The notes: generated by a model not told the origin, from the letters alone. Counted from the stretch's first letter, positions 38,958-51,277 are shown. The stretch: DNA of 64,000 bases from Squalus acanthias (GCA_030390025.1 CM059432.1:129210001-129274000), one strand, 5' to 3'. Made by a program: numbers and translations.

Positions 38958-40716
38958 GCCTGCCCGGTGCCAGGGTTAAAGACATCTCCTCGCGGCTGGA
39001 GGAGAACTTGGAATGGGAGGGGGAGGATCCAGTTGTCATGGTCCACGTAGGAACCAGCGACATAGGTAGAACTAGGAATGAGGTTCTGCTGAGGGAGTTT
39101 GAGGAGCTAGGATCCAAATTAAAAAGCCGAACCTCAAAGGTAATAATCTCTGGATTGTTACTTGAGCCACGCGCAAATTGACATAGGGACAAACAGATTA
39201 GAGGTTTAAATGCATGGCTCAAAGAATGGTGTGGGAGGAAGGGGTTTCAGTTCATGGGGTACTGGCACCAGTACTGGGGAAAGAGGGAGCTGTTTCGTTT
39301 GGACAGGCTCTGTCCTGGCGAATCGAATAACTAGGGCAGTAGACAGGGCTTTAAACTAATGAAGGGGGTGGGTAGGAGGATTCAGGAAAGAGTAAATTTA
39401 AAAGCAGTGAGAGAAATGTCAAGGCTCTATTGCAGAGTAGAGTTTTGGGTAAAAATAAGCAGAGTGGGTCAGGAAGGGACAGAGAGAGTAACAAAGATAA
39501 TAAGGCATCAGTAACTAAGATGACATCAGGCAAAAATAGAAATAAGTCAAAGCTAAAGGCACTATATCTGAATGCACGAAGCATTCTCAACAAAATAGAT
39601 GAATTGATAGTGTAAATAGAAATTAATCGGTTTGATCTAATAGTCATTACGGAGACGTGGTTGCAATGTGGCCAAGGTTGGGAACTAAATAGTCCAGGAT
39701 ACTTAACTTTTAGAAGAGATAGGCAAAATGGAAAAGGAGGAGGGGTAGCCCTGATAATAAAGGATGGGATAAAGACAATAGAAAGAAAGGATCTTAGCTC
39801 CGAAAATCAAGAAATAGAATCAGTTTGTGTGGAGTTAAGGAACAGTAAGGGGCAGAAAACATTGGTGGGAGATGTTTATAGGCCCCCAAACAGTAGTTGT
39901 AATGTAGGGCAGAGTATAAATCAGGAAATTAGAGGCGCATGTAACAAAATCATGGGGGACTTTAATCTACATATAGACTGGGCAAACCAAATTTGCAGTA
40001 ATAGTGTGGAGATGCAAGATGGTATGTATGTAAGATAGTTTTCTAGATCAGTATGTTGAGGAACCAACTAGGGAACAGGCTATTTTAGATTTAGTGTTGT
40101 GCAATGAGAAAGGGTTAATTAATAACCTTGTAGTAAAGGGGCCTTTAGGGAAGAGTGACCATAATATGATAGAATTTTATATTGAGTTTGAAAGTGTAGT
40201 TTAATCCAAAACTAGGGTCTTAAATCTAAACAAAGCAAACTACGTAGGTATGAGGGGTGAGTTGGCAAAGGTAGATTGGGAAACTACATTAAAAGGTATG
40301 ACGGTAGACAAGCAATGGCTAGCATTTAAAGAATTAATGCATAATTTACAACAAATATACATTCCTTTAAGGCACAAAACCCCATAGGAAAAGTGGTTCA
40401 ACCGTGGCTAACAAGAGAAGTTAAAGATAGTATTAGATCAAAGGAAGAGGCTTATAATGTTGCCAAAATGATTAGTAAGCCTGAGGATTGGGAGGATTTT
40501 AGAATTCAGCAAAGGAGGAACAAGAAATGGATAAAGAATGGGAAAATAGAATATGAGAGTAAACTAGCGAGAGACATAGAAACAGACTGTAAAAGCTTCT
40601 ACAGGTATGTAAAAAGGAAAAGATTAGCAAAAGTAAATGTGGGTCCCTTACAGGCTGAGACAGGAGAAATTATAATGGGGAATAAGGAAATGGCAGAGAA
40701 ATTAAACAAATACTTT
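38957..40716 (+). mobile_element. CR1 LINE 5' half: ORF1 SGNH-esterase region and ORF2 APE endonuclease (disabled)
   Basis: CLPGARVKD..VVMVHVGTSDIG (esterase); LYLNARS, ITETW, GGGVAL, YRPP, IMGDFN and SDHN (APE); PWL and KSFYRYV. Confidence 0.9.
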
Positions 40717-42384
40717 GGCTGCGAATTTGCCGGCGCTCAGAGGGCGGGTTTGGAGGCGGGTCCGCTGTCAAAATAGCAAAGATTGACAGTGGGTAGGGAA
40801 CCCGCTGTCAACCCGCCTCCACACGAGTCTCCCAGTTGTCAGATCTGTCAGTGGAGAACTGACCCAACACCAAGCGGCGGGGGAGATAATTGAGCTTGTT
40901 AAATGACTTGTTAAGAGCCAATTTAATACTATTTTGAGGCTTCCTTCCAATTTTACCTTCTCCCCCACGGGTTACCCGCTGTTCTGGGAACACGCCAGCT
41001 CAACCTGGCGCGATTTGAGTCTGGTCTGATGTTTCTGATAAGCTGACAGCTGCAGAAGTGGTGTAAAGGATGCCATGTTGCAGATGGTCAGTTTCAGAGC
41101 GCAGAAAATGTAGGTTACTGCATTTTTAATACATATAGAGATTTCTTTAACTTACAAGTTTTTAGATCCAACTGTATGTCCAGTGCCACCTCAATGGGAG
41201 AACCTCTCTCACCATTGACAGATCGCTTCTGTCATCTCACTTGCAGCTGCCATCTATTGCAGCAACATCGGTGTCCTTGAAAAAATCAGACCTTGGTCCT
41301 CTGAATCCTTCCACGATCAGCCCCAACACCAACATCACCAGGCACACCAACAACATCACCAACCTTCTCCGCCATCACCTGATGCTGCACTGGACACAAG
41401 GCATCAGCCCCTGACAACATTGCTGCCCGGGAGGCCAGCGATGGCATCATCATGGCCAGATTTACTTCACTTGACGCTGTTAACCCTGACTGCCACATGA
41501 TGTGCCAGGTTGACACCGTCCCACACCAGCACCTTGAAGCATTTCTTTAATGTCCAAGCCATTCCATGCACACTCATCAGTATAGTGGGGGGAGAAGTTA
41601 TGTCTGAACATTCACTGGAACTCAGTAAGACACTTCTCAAGGTGTGCTCAGATCTGTCCAATAAGGGGCAGTTTTGGAAAATAGATTTCACTGTATGACA
41701 GCACATTACCAGAAACTTCACATGGACATTGGCTAAACCTCTCAAGTGCCTACCCTTGTGTGTTGCTAGTTGGTATGCTTGCAGTAGGATGAGGGTGAGT
41801 GTGAGGGGTGGCTAATGAGATGGGGAAGTGATAATGTAGATAGAGAGGGTTGGATGGAATTGCAACGTAAGTTGGTGTGAGTAAGGATGTGCAGGAGAAG
41901 GGTATGGAAGGCAGAGTGATGGGGATGTGTTGAGTGGCACAGCAGGGTGCGTTTGAGTGTGGCTTTGCAGTAACGTTTCATGATCCACTGAAATCATTGA
42001 AAGGTTGATGCCACTGCAGCCAGGGACCCCTGACAACATCCCTGCTTTTGCCCTCCTGTACAATGTGCGACCAGGCTGTGTTGGTGTCCTGGGGAGGTCT
42101 CTTCCGCCTTTGGAAGGGAAGAGAACCTCCCTGCTTGCTGTGACTCCCTCCTCATTGAAGAGCCTGGGTGCAAGCGTTGACCTTTATGCAGTGCTTGTCA
42201 GTGTTTGCAGCACCTCAATGCTGTCAAACACTGACAGAACAACTGTCAAAATCCATGTGGACGTGGTCCCTTTAAGGAAACCGGCTGATGACGCGTCATC
42301 AAATGACGTCATCAGACCCACTTCCTGTTAATTGGCCGGGAAGCCTGCAGGGCGGGCTTAACAAGGCTAATCAAGGGAAAATAC
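40717..42384. mobile_element. Harbinger deletion derivative carrying a Myb/SANT remnant (minus strand, ~41980-42190), right end lost
   Basis: Starts ggctgcgaatttgccggcg and is colinear with 59426-61850. Confidence 0.8.
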
Positions 42385-42504
42385 TTGGCTGCCACATTTC
42401 CTACATTGCAAAAGTGACTCCACTTCAAAAAATACTTCATTAGCTGTAAAGTACTTTGGGATATCCTGAGGTTGTGAAAGGTGCCATATAGATACAAGTT
42501 ATCT
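42385..42504 (+). repeat. 120-bp copy of 50675-50794 (SINE 3' part)
   Basis: 119/120 identical by direct comparison. Confidence 0.9.
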
Positions 42505-43984
42505 GGCTGAAGATGGTTGCAAATGCTTCAGCCTTGTCTTTTGCACTCGCATGCTGGGCTTTGTCATCATTGAGGATGGAGATATTCATGGAGCCTCCTC
42601 CTCTTGTTAGTTGTTCAATTGTCCACCACCATTCACGACTAGATATGGCAGGGCTTTGATCAGATCCATTGATTGTGGGATTGCTTAGCTCTATCTATAG
42701 CATGCTGTTTAGCATGCATGTAGTCCTGTGTTGCAGCTTCCCCAGGTTGGCACCTCATTTTTAGGTATGCCTGGTGCTGCTCCTGGCATGCTCTTCTGCA
42801 CTCTTCACTGAACCAGGGTTGGTCCCCTGGCTCAATGGTAATGGTAGAGTGAGGGATATGCTGAGCCATGAGGTTACAGATTGTGGTGGAATACAATTCT
42901 GCTGCTGCCCCACAGCGCCTCATGGATGCCCAGTTTTGAGCTGCTAGATCTGTTCTGAATCTATCCCATTTAGCACGGTGGTAGTGTCACACAACACGAT
43001 GGAGGGTGTCCTGAGTGTGAAGACAGGATTTCGTCTCCACAAGGATAGTACGGTGGTCACTGCTACCAATACTGTCATGGACAGATGCATCTGCGACAGG
43101 TAGATTGGTGAGGACGAGGTCAAGTAGGTTTTTCCCTCGTGTTGGTTCTCTCACCACCTGCCGCATGCCCAGTCTGGCAGCTATGTCCTTCAGGACTCGG
43201 CCAGTAGTGGTGCTACCGAGTCACTCTTGGTTATGGACATTGAACTCCCCCACCCAGAGTACATTCTGTGCCCTTGCTACTCTCAGTGCTTCTTCCAAGT
43301 GGTGTTCAACATGGAGGAGTACTGATTCATCAGCTGAGGGAGGGCAGTAGATGGTAATCGGTAGAAGGTTTTGCCATGAGACTTCATGGGGTCCGGAGTC
43401 AACATTGAGGACTCCCAGGGCCACTCCCTCCCAACTGTATACCACTGTGCCGCCACTTCTGGTGGGACTGGATATATCCAGGGATGGTGATGGAGGAATC
43501 TGGGACATTGGCTGAAAGGTATGATTCTGTGAGTATGACTATGTCAGGCTGTTGCTTGACTAGTCTGTGGGACAGCTCTCCCAATTTTGGCACAAGTCCC
43601 CAGATGTTGGTGAGGAGGACTTTGCAGGGTCGACTGGGCTGGGTGTGCCGTTGCCGTGTCCGAAGTCGATGCCAGGTGTCCGTCCAGTTTTATTCTTATT
43701 ATTGTTTTTTGTAGCAGTTGTGTACATTTCAGAGGGCAGTTAAGAGTCAACCAAATTGCTGTGGGTCTGGAATCAGACCAGGTAAGGACGGCAGATTTCC
43801 TTCCCTAAAGGACATTAGTGAACCAGATGGGTTTTTACGACAATCCGATAGTTTCATGGGCACCATTACTGATTTTTAGCTTTTTATTCCAGATTTATTT
43901 AATTAACTGAATTTAATTTCCCAACTGCCATGGTGGGATTTGAACTCACATCTTTGTATCATTAGTCCAGGCCTCTGGATTACT

Positions 43985-44262
43985 ACAATAGCAAAATACT
44001 GCGGATGCTGGAAATCCGAAATAACAACAGAAAACGCTGGAAAAACTCAGCAGGCCAGGCAGCATCCGTGGAGAGAGAAACAGAGTTAACGTTTCAGGTC
44101 GAAGACCTTTCGTCAGAACTGGAAAAAAGCAGGAAATGGAATAGATTTTAAAGCAAGTTTAGGGGCTGGGAAAAGGGGCAGGGGATGAAAGAACAAAAGG
44201 GAAGTTCAGTGATAGGTTAGAAAGCAGGAGAGATGAAGAGACATTGAGAGACATTAAGAGAT
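43985..44262 (-). mobile_element. Penelope-like terminal fragment (second family), inserted in the tRNA-like head
   Basis: Contains a hammerhead motif followed by gatgctgcc..ctgctgag..tccagc; homologous to 51278-51470. Confidence 0.65.
44084..44120 (-). ncRNA. Minimal type-I hammerhead ribozyme motif
   Basis: AGUU-CUGACGA-A-AGGUC(UUC)GACCU-GAAA-CG-UU-AACU; palindromic stem III AACGUU. Confidence 0.8.
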
Positions 44263-45202
44263 ATTAGTCCAGTAACATAACCACTATGCTACCGTTCCCG
44301 TTGGACCATCTATGTTAGCAAAAATTAGGAATAAAATTTAAATCATATTTTTATTACAAAAGATAAAACTGGGGCAACTTAACTGAACTAGCTGTTATCT
44401 GACAGTTCTGAGCTGAGTGGAGAGCTGGTCAAACAAGCTCCAATCTGCACCTGCTTAAAGTATCGAGCAATCTACATTTCTTTACCTGTGTGCTGTGGGG
44501 CTGGGACAGCAGGGATATTCTGTACTGTAAATGAATACAGTGCCATCATATGGACAGAATCTGTAACAACACACATTTGCTTCTAGTATGAGCTTAATGG
44601 TCGAGAATGTCTCCTGTTCTCCGATGGATGGGGAAGGGCACGTAAATGGTAAAGAGATAGCAAGATAATTGGAGCAGTATAATGGAATCTTATCAACTAC
44701 AACAGGTTGGGATGCTTTAGAAAAAACAGCAGCCCCGAAATTCCTGGGTCGAGAAGGGCCTGAGTCAGGATTTGCATCTTTGCAGGGTCAGGAATTTCCA
44801 ATGTGGCCGATTTATGCCGGGATTCTGCTGGAGAACTGCCCCACCAGAAATTCCATTTGGGTTCAGGGATGGGCTGAAGAAGTGCCTGCCCTCACAGTGG
44901 CAGCGACATGCACGTGACGGAGTTAGGACAGGACTTCTGCCTTTGTCAGCTGCCCCTGACCACCTGCGCCACCGCTTAGAAGGCACAGTTTACCAGGACC
45001 GATTCATCAAGGGAGAAGTAATTTGTTAAAGGGACACTGCTCACTGAGATGACTTGGGAGATGTTTGGCCATCTCTTGGGACTCACTGCCGCTGCTGCAA
45101 AAGGGCTTTCACTCTTCTACTCAGGAAGTTTTCCCCTACAGTCTGCATTACCCATTCTATTTGAAGAGAATTTCAGAGCTAGAATCTAAGGGCTGCACAA
45201 TG

Positions 45203-45645
45203 GAACATAGGAACAGGAGGAGGCCATTCAGCCCCTCGAGCTTGTTCTGCCATTCATTTAGATCACGGCTGATCTGTATCACAACTCCATTTACCTGCCT
45301 TGGTTCCACATCCCTATCAATCTCAGTTTTGACATTTTTTATTCACTTAGCCTCAACAGCTTTTTAGAGAGTTTCGGATGTCCATTACCCTTCATATGAA
45401 GAAGTGCTTCCTGATATCACCCCTGAACGACCTAGCTTTAATTTTAAGATTATGCCCCTGGTTCTGGACTCCCCTACCAGAGGAAAAAGTTTTTCTCTAT
45501 CTACCCTATCATATCCTTTAATCATCTTAAACACCTCAATTAGATCACCCTTTAATCTTCTCAAGGGAATACAAGCCTAGTTGATGCAACCAGTCCTCAT
45601 AACTTAACCCTCCAAGGTCAGGTATGATTCTGGTGAATCCACGCT
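45203..45645 (-). mobile_element. CR1 3' fragment
   Basis: ggaacataggaacaggaggaggccattcagccc tail plus ORF2 end. Confidence 0.8.
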
Positions 45646-46260
45646 GCTAATGAGAATCCCTATGAGAATCCCACTTAACATGATATACATGCTGGAGGAA
45701 GAGAAGTTAGAGTAGGAGGAGACTGTGAGGGTAACCAGATTCATCAGGCAGCACCAGAGGGGAGCCATTCCATCCCGGCATTGCCTATCCAGCAGGATCT
45801 ACAGACCCAGGCCTACTTTCTGAGACCTTTCCCAGGGGCTCTGTTTTAGGAGACCCTGTTTACATCAGGAAGCGTTGGAGCAGCTCTGTTCGCTGCTGCA
45901 GCCAGATCTGCAAACAAGGTCGACGACACGGACAGCTCTCACTAGGGCACAGACAGTGATCACAGCTTTCAACATTCATGCCATAGGTTCGTTCCAGGAA
46001 ACCGCAGGGTCAGTTGTCAGATCAGCCAATCTGCTGTGCAATTCTCTATAAGGAACGTCACCAATGCCTTTTTTGTCAGGTCAGTTTAATTTATACGATT
46101 TGACGGTGCTCCCATGCAGATGACTCAGAGGGTCATCACATTTTTCAGAATTGCTGGATTCCGATTGATTGTGCCCATATTGCACCATGTGCCCCAAATG
46201 TAAATCCCCATAGTTATATGAACCACAAAGGCTACCATTCCATTCTTGCATGTGAATTCT

Positions 46261-47228
46261 CAACAACAACAACAACTTGCATTTATATAGCGCCTTTAAC
46301 ATAGTAAAACGCCCCAAGGTGCTTCACAGGAGCGTTATCAAACAAAATTTGACACTGAGCCCCATAAGGAGATATTAGGGCAGGTGAGGTCAAAGAGGTA
46401 GTTTTTAAGAAGCGTCTTAAAGGAGGAAAGAGAGGTAGAGAGGCAAAGGAGGCTAAATTCGGTTGATTTGCGCCTCCCTAAGGGGATGCTAACAGGGCAC
46501 AAATCAACTAGCGCCTGGGCACGGCACCGCTAACGCCTCCTGCGAAATTCAGCGGGAGGTTAGCGGCGCCGCTAACCATTAGCACCATGCGGCGATGCGC
46601 CGCCGGCGATGACATCATCACCGTGCGCAGGGCCATGCTCGCGCCTCGGCTGTAATATTGGATGGCGCTCCTCGCCTTACCGCCAGACGCTATGTCCGCC
46701 GGGGTCAGGGGGGCCTACCTGCGTCCGGGGCGGCGATAGTTAAAGGGGAGGTGGCGGTCGGCCATTTTGTTGCTGGCCGCCTGCCAGCACCTGTCCCCGT
46801 TGCTGTCCCTGGCCCCCGTGAAGTCCCCCCGCGGGGTGCCGGCTGCTCTCCGTGAGCCCGGCACTCCTCTTGAGTGCCGGGCTCGTTTGCCAGCACTCCC
46901 GATCCCTGGCAGCCCAGCTGGGTGCCGGGATGTGCTGCGCCAGGCCCCTCCCCTTTAATAAGCTTCCAGTAACGCCCCTCCTCCCTCTCAGGGCGCCACC
47001 TGGGAAAATCGACCGCGGGGGCGCTAACTTTTTCGGGGCGCTAAAATTAGCGGGGGTGCTACCCAATTTTTACCCCAAAGAGGTTTAGGGTGGGAATTCC
47101 AGAGCTTAGGACCTCGGCAGCTGAAGGCATGGCCGCCAATGGGGGAGTGATTAAAATAGGGAATGAGCAAGAGGTAAGAATTGGAGGAGTGCAGATATCT
47201 TAGCGGGTTCTAGGGCTGGAGGAGGTTG
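46261..47228 (-). mobile_element. L2 3' fragment inserted in the transposase, itself split by a MITE
   Basis: (caa)n-cttgcatttatatagcg tail; resumes at 47080. Confidence 0.85.
46448..47076. mobile_element. Family B MITE
   Basis: TSD AAA (46445-46447, 47077-47079); homologous to 17294-18030. Confidence 0.85.
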
Positions 47229-48362
47229 AACAACATGTCGGGAGCTGCTATCGTGATGCTTTTATACTTTGTCAGCCTATTGTCTCAGCCCTACTTCAAG
47301 ACCAGGAGCAAGGGCCAGGATGGCTGCTGGATAACAAGAGATATTCGCTACTCCCATGGGTCATGACACCTCTTCGTAGGGCCACCAGCGCAGAAGAGGA
47401 GCACTGCAATGAAGCATACATGTAGACAAGGGTAAGAATTGAGCAAGTCATTGGGATCCTCAAAGGAAGGTGTCTGAAAAGGTTTGGCGATCCCTTTCAG
47501 TATGCACCCAGCATTGTCTTGCGAATTGTGCTGGTATGTTCTGTGCTTCACAACTTTGCAATCGGTAAAGGACCGATGGTACGTGTCCCAGAGGATGCCT
47601 GAAAGACTGCTGATGCTGTAGACCCAACACATGAAGAACATGAAGCAAGTGAAATGGCAACGGCTGCCAGATACCTAAGAGACAGACTCATGTGGCACTC
47701 CACAGATGAATAGAGCACCATTATTTAGAAGTCCCAGCCCATCAAAGATCTATGTCCTCTCACCAAACACTCAACAGTCTATGTAAAATTTTGGCTTTTC
47801 ACAGCATGTCAGCACATCCTAGTCCTGAACCATTGTCCTACAAGAGCACCAAACACCAAGTACTTCTTACCTCAAATATTCCAGTGATTTATTACAACTA
47901 TTTACAAAATCCCTCTTAGAGGTTGGCACACAGCAGGGCAGTGGACTCCACTACTATTCCATCCATTTGCATTACATCTTGGAAGAAGTCACGCAGAACC
48001 TCCATCTAATGCTCGGCGAGTATCCTTTTCTTCATAGCAGGACCCCTGAGGTCAGTATTGTTTTTTTCTGCAGGCTGAGACTGACATGCCTTATGCCGCC
48101 ACTCAACTAAAACAAGCTCCATTTCCACGTCTGCATCCTCTGTCTCACCACGTGTTAATTCTTCATCTACACTATCTGTACCCCCTTGAGTGGGTGCCTG
48201 TGAGCTGCTGAGTCCAAGGGAGAGGATGAATGGTGGGAAAGGGTGGATGAGTGGTTGGCAGTGTTGCCAGAGATTGAGGCGACTGCCAGATGATACTCTT
48301 CAGAAATCTTCTCCTTTTGCTTCCTGGTTTGCAGCCTCTGGAGGTAAAGGCAGAACTGTGAA

Positions 48363-48810
48363 CTTGTCCTATGAGGAGAGATTTGAGTAGATTGGGCCTA
48401 TACTCTCTGGATTTTAGAAGAATGAGAGGTGATCTCATTGAAACATGTAAGATTCTGAGGGGGATTGACAGAGTAGATGCTGAGAGATTGTGTTCCCATG
48501 GCTGGAGAGTCTAGAACTAGGGGGTATAGTCTCAGGATAAGGGGTCGGCCATTTAAGGCTGAGATGAGGAGGAATTTCTTCACTCAGAGGGTTGTGAACC
48601 TTTGGAATTCTCTACCCCAAAGGGCTGTGGATGCTCAGTCGTTGAGTATATTCAAGACAGAGATCGATGGATTTTTAGACACCAGAGGAATCAAGAGATG
48701 TGGGGATCGGGCAGGAAAGTGGAGTTGCGGTCGAAGATCAGCCATGATCTTATTGAATGGCGGAGCAGGCTCGAGGGGCCTTGAGGCCTACTCCTACTCC
48801 TAATTCTTAT
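48363..48810 (+). mobile_element. CR1 3' fragment
   Basis: ESRTRGYSLRIRGRPFKAEMRRNFFTQRVVNLWNSLP. Confidence 0.9.
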
Positions 48811-49364
48811 GAACTTTGGTGTGCTTGAGCAGTGTACTATCATAATCAGCTGCTTTTAAAGATTTCTAATCAAGAAAGTGGTAGCTGATGAAGAGATTGA
48901 ATACATAGAAACATTAAAAAGCAAATGTATACATTCAAATGAACCCACTGAAGGCATAGAGACTCCCACATTTCCATTCCTAACTGCCAGACCAGAATGG
49001 AAGTCAATTATGGCCATTGTTTACTCTTCATGTGCTGTCAGATGCCAGATGATGGCACGTCCTCTTTCAGTTGCCTGGCGTTCCCTGCTATTGTGTGCTG
49101 TCTTATCCTGCAGGAGGAATGTATAGTGTTAACTGGCTGCTGCAGTCTCCAGATCCTGCTGTCACAGTCAGTCCCGACTCATGGAATGGATATAATAATG
49201 GTAAGGAGCAAGGACCTAGGATGAGGGTCTTTAAGGCACGAGCATGCATTCCAGGATGTGAGACGCTTAACATGAATGCTCTCAAGTAACTTTGCTTCTG
49301 GGACAAGAGACATGGTGGCATGTGATATCTGAAAGGGCAATGTTTGTCTGTCATTCTAGGGAAT

Positions 49365-50033
49365 TTGAGAGGTCGCACAACACCAGGTTATAGTCCAACA
49401 GTTTTATTTGAAATCACAAGCTTTCGGAGCTATCGATTTGCTCCTTCCTCAGGTGAAGTAAATTAGATACAGAATCTCCAAAGCATATATAGATGGAAAA
49501 CAGAGCATGTGTACTTTACAATTGCAGACCAATAAATTAAATCATCCTGACTATCTGCCGAGGTGTGATAAAGTTAATTAAGTCAGCCAGGAAGGTACCA
49601 CATCAAAGACATAGCAAGATACAACTGAGACAATGAGGTGTAGTCGCAGGGGTTCTAACGTGTCAAAAGCTGCCGTCTGTATGTAAAACGAAAAGCTTTA
49701 ACATTTTTTTACTTTTTTACTGGGAATCACATCTGTGAACAAGCTAACGACGACTCGAGTCTGGATCACGTCATGTATCGTGACATAAACCCAAGATCCC
49801 GATTGAGACCGTCTTCATGAGTGCGGAACTTGGCTATCAGTTTCTGCTCGATGATTTTGCGTTGTCGTGTGTTTCTAAGGTTGCCTTGGAGAACGCTTAC
49901 CCGCAGATCCGAGGCTGAATGTCCTTGACTGCTGAAGTGTTCCCCGACTGGGAGGTAACAATCCTGCCTGGCGATTGTTGCGCGGTGCTCGTTCATACGT
50001 TGTCTCAGTGTCTGCATGGTCTCGCCGATGTAC
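49365..50033 (-). mobile_element. Penelope-like retroelement 3' fragment (GIY-YIG endonuclease plus hammerhead)
   Basis: YIGETMQTLRQRMNEHR...HFSSQGHSASDL...GLNRDLG. 13-bp TSD cattctagggaat (49352-49364, 50034-50046). Confidence 0.9.
49414..49456 (-). ncRNA. Minimal type-I hammerhead ribozyme motif
   Basis: UCAC-CUGAGGA-A-GGAGC(AAAUCGAUA)GCUCC-GAAA-GC-UU-GUGA. Confidence 0.8.
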
Positions 50034-50107
50034 CATTCTAGGGAATACCCATGTGCTTCTCTGTGATTCAGTTATCTGCCCTGTTATTCATCTGAAAGAA
50101 CTCCTAC

Positions 50108-50360
50108 CTTTGCTGACCTAGCGAGGCCATTAAATATCTTCCGACACTCCAAGGGAGTGCTTGGAGTTATGGAGATCCCACTCATACCAACAGCCACCTC
50201 CTTTCACATGGCACCGTGCTGCTGTATGTGACGGCTTCTTCTTTGGTACTCGCAGTGTGGCAACCCTTCATTTTATAACTTGTGCCAGCAGCACTTCCAT
50301 GTCAGCGTCTGAACAGTTGGAAGCTCGCCTTTCTCCTTCTGTAGCTCCAGCCAGCCCAGT
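50108..50360 (-). pseudogene. Myb/SANT-like DNA-binding exon (second gene of the Harbinger element)
   Basis: Manual translation: RRASNCSDADMEVLLAQVIK*RVATL..KKKPSH..KEVAVGMSGISITPSTPLECRKIFNGLARSAK, then a GTAGG donor. TATTTAAA lies upstream. Confidence 0.7.
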
Positions 50361-50429
50361 CCCTCTTCCAAGAGCATGCTCAGCCCTTTAACTGCAAGGA
50401 GCCCTTTAAATACAGAAGTTGTGCCCTAG

Positions 50430-50797
50430 CTCTGAGCTGCGGCTCAGTTGGTAGCACTCTCGACTCTGTGGTCCAAAGGTCATGGGCTCAAACCCTTACT
50501 TCAGAGACCTGAGTAAAAATGGATGTAAAAGATCCCATGGCACTATTTCGAAAAAGAGCAGGGTAGTTCTCCCTAGTGCCCTGGCCAATATTTATCCCTC
50601 AACCATGATCAGTCCAAAAACAGGTTATCTTGTCATTATCATGTTGCTGTTTGTGGGACCTTGCTGTGCGCAAATTGGCTGCCACATTTCCTACATTGCA
50701 AAAGTGACTCCACTTCAAAAAATACTTCATTAGCTGTAAAGTACTTTGGGATATCCTGAGGTTGTGAAAGGTGCTATATAGATACAAGTTATCTTTT
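50430..50797 (+). mobile_element. Deu-SINE with an internal deletion
   Basis: Head, core and tail. Confidence 0.85.
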
Positions 50798-51277
50798 TTT
50801 CTTTTGCTCTGAATTTTCCTGGCTCCACCTCTCCCTCATCCTGCCAACATTATTTAAATTAGCAGATCCTGGCATTTCTGACAGATCCAGCCTCCTCTGA
50901 TTTCGGCGAGCATAGGCAGTGCTCCCCAACGATTGTGCTGGTGGAGTGGGTCCCCAGGAATATCTGGGGCAGCATGTTTGCAACCAGGAGGTTATGTAAT
51001 AGGAATGTCTGTACCTGTGCTGATCTTCTTAACAATTGCTGATCAAATGGCGACCAGTGCAATTTTTGTGGGGCAATTGAGGACTTACATTTTAAGATGG
51101 CTCAAGTGAAATCTTTATGGTAAGTTTGAACAAAAATGCAATACAGTTTGATAAGAGGGAAGCTAGAGTTAGCTAATGGGTGCACAAGAACTAAAGGATT
51201 TGTACGCGGGTTGTGGGGATAATTACGTATGGTGCTATTGTGCTGTGTCACTCCCATCACTGGCCAAAATGAGACAA

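Larger units (their letters stand above)
42505..44299 (-). mobile_element. Non-LTR retrotransposon 5' half (APE endonuclease; clade uncertain, possibly RTE-X-like) with a tRNA-like head
   Basis: QQPDIVILTESYL, YCPPSADES, WVGEFNVHNQE and PGDQPWFSEEC; minus-strand head tagcatagtgg...gttcaaatccc. Confidence 0.75.
45680..47713 (+). pseudogene. Near full-length Harbinger (HARBI1-like DDE) transposase pseudogene, interrupted at 46261-47228
   Basis: Manual translation: RIYRPRPTF*DLS..LCSLLQPDLQ..GSFQ..ISQSAV..FFRIAGF..IDCAHIA..YMNHKGYHS // DAFIL..GWLLDNKRY..WVMTPL..TRVRIEQVIGILKGR..FQYAP..CSVLHNFAI. Confidence 0.88.

Noticed and set aside
45680..47713. Domesticated HARBI1 gene
   Set aside because: In-frame stops, frameshifts, a decayed GDxGY motif and an L2 insertion.
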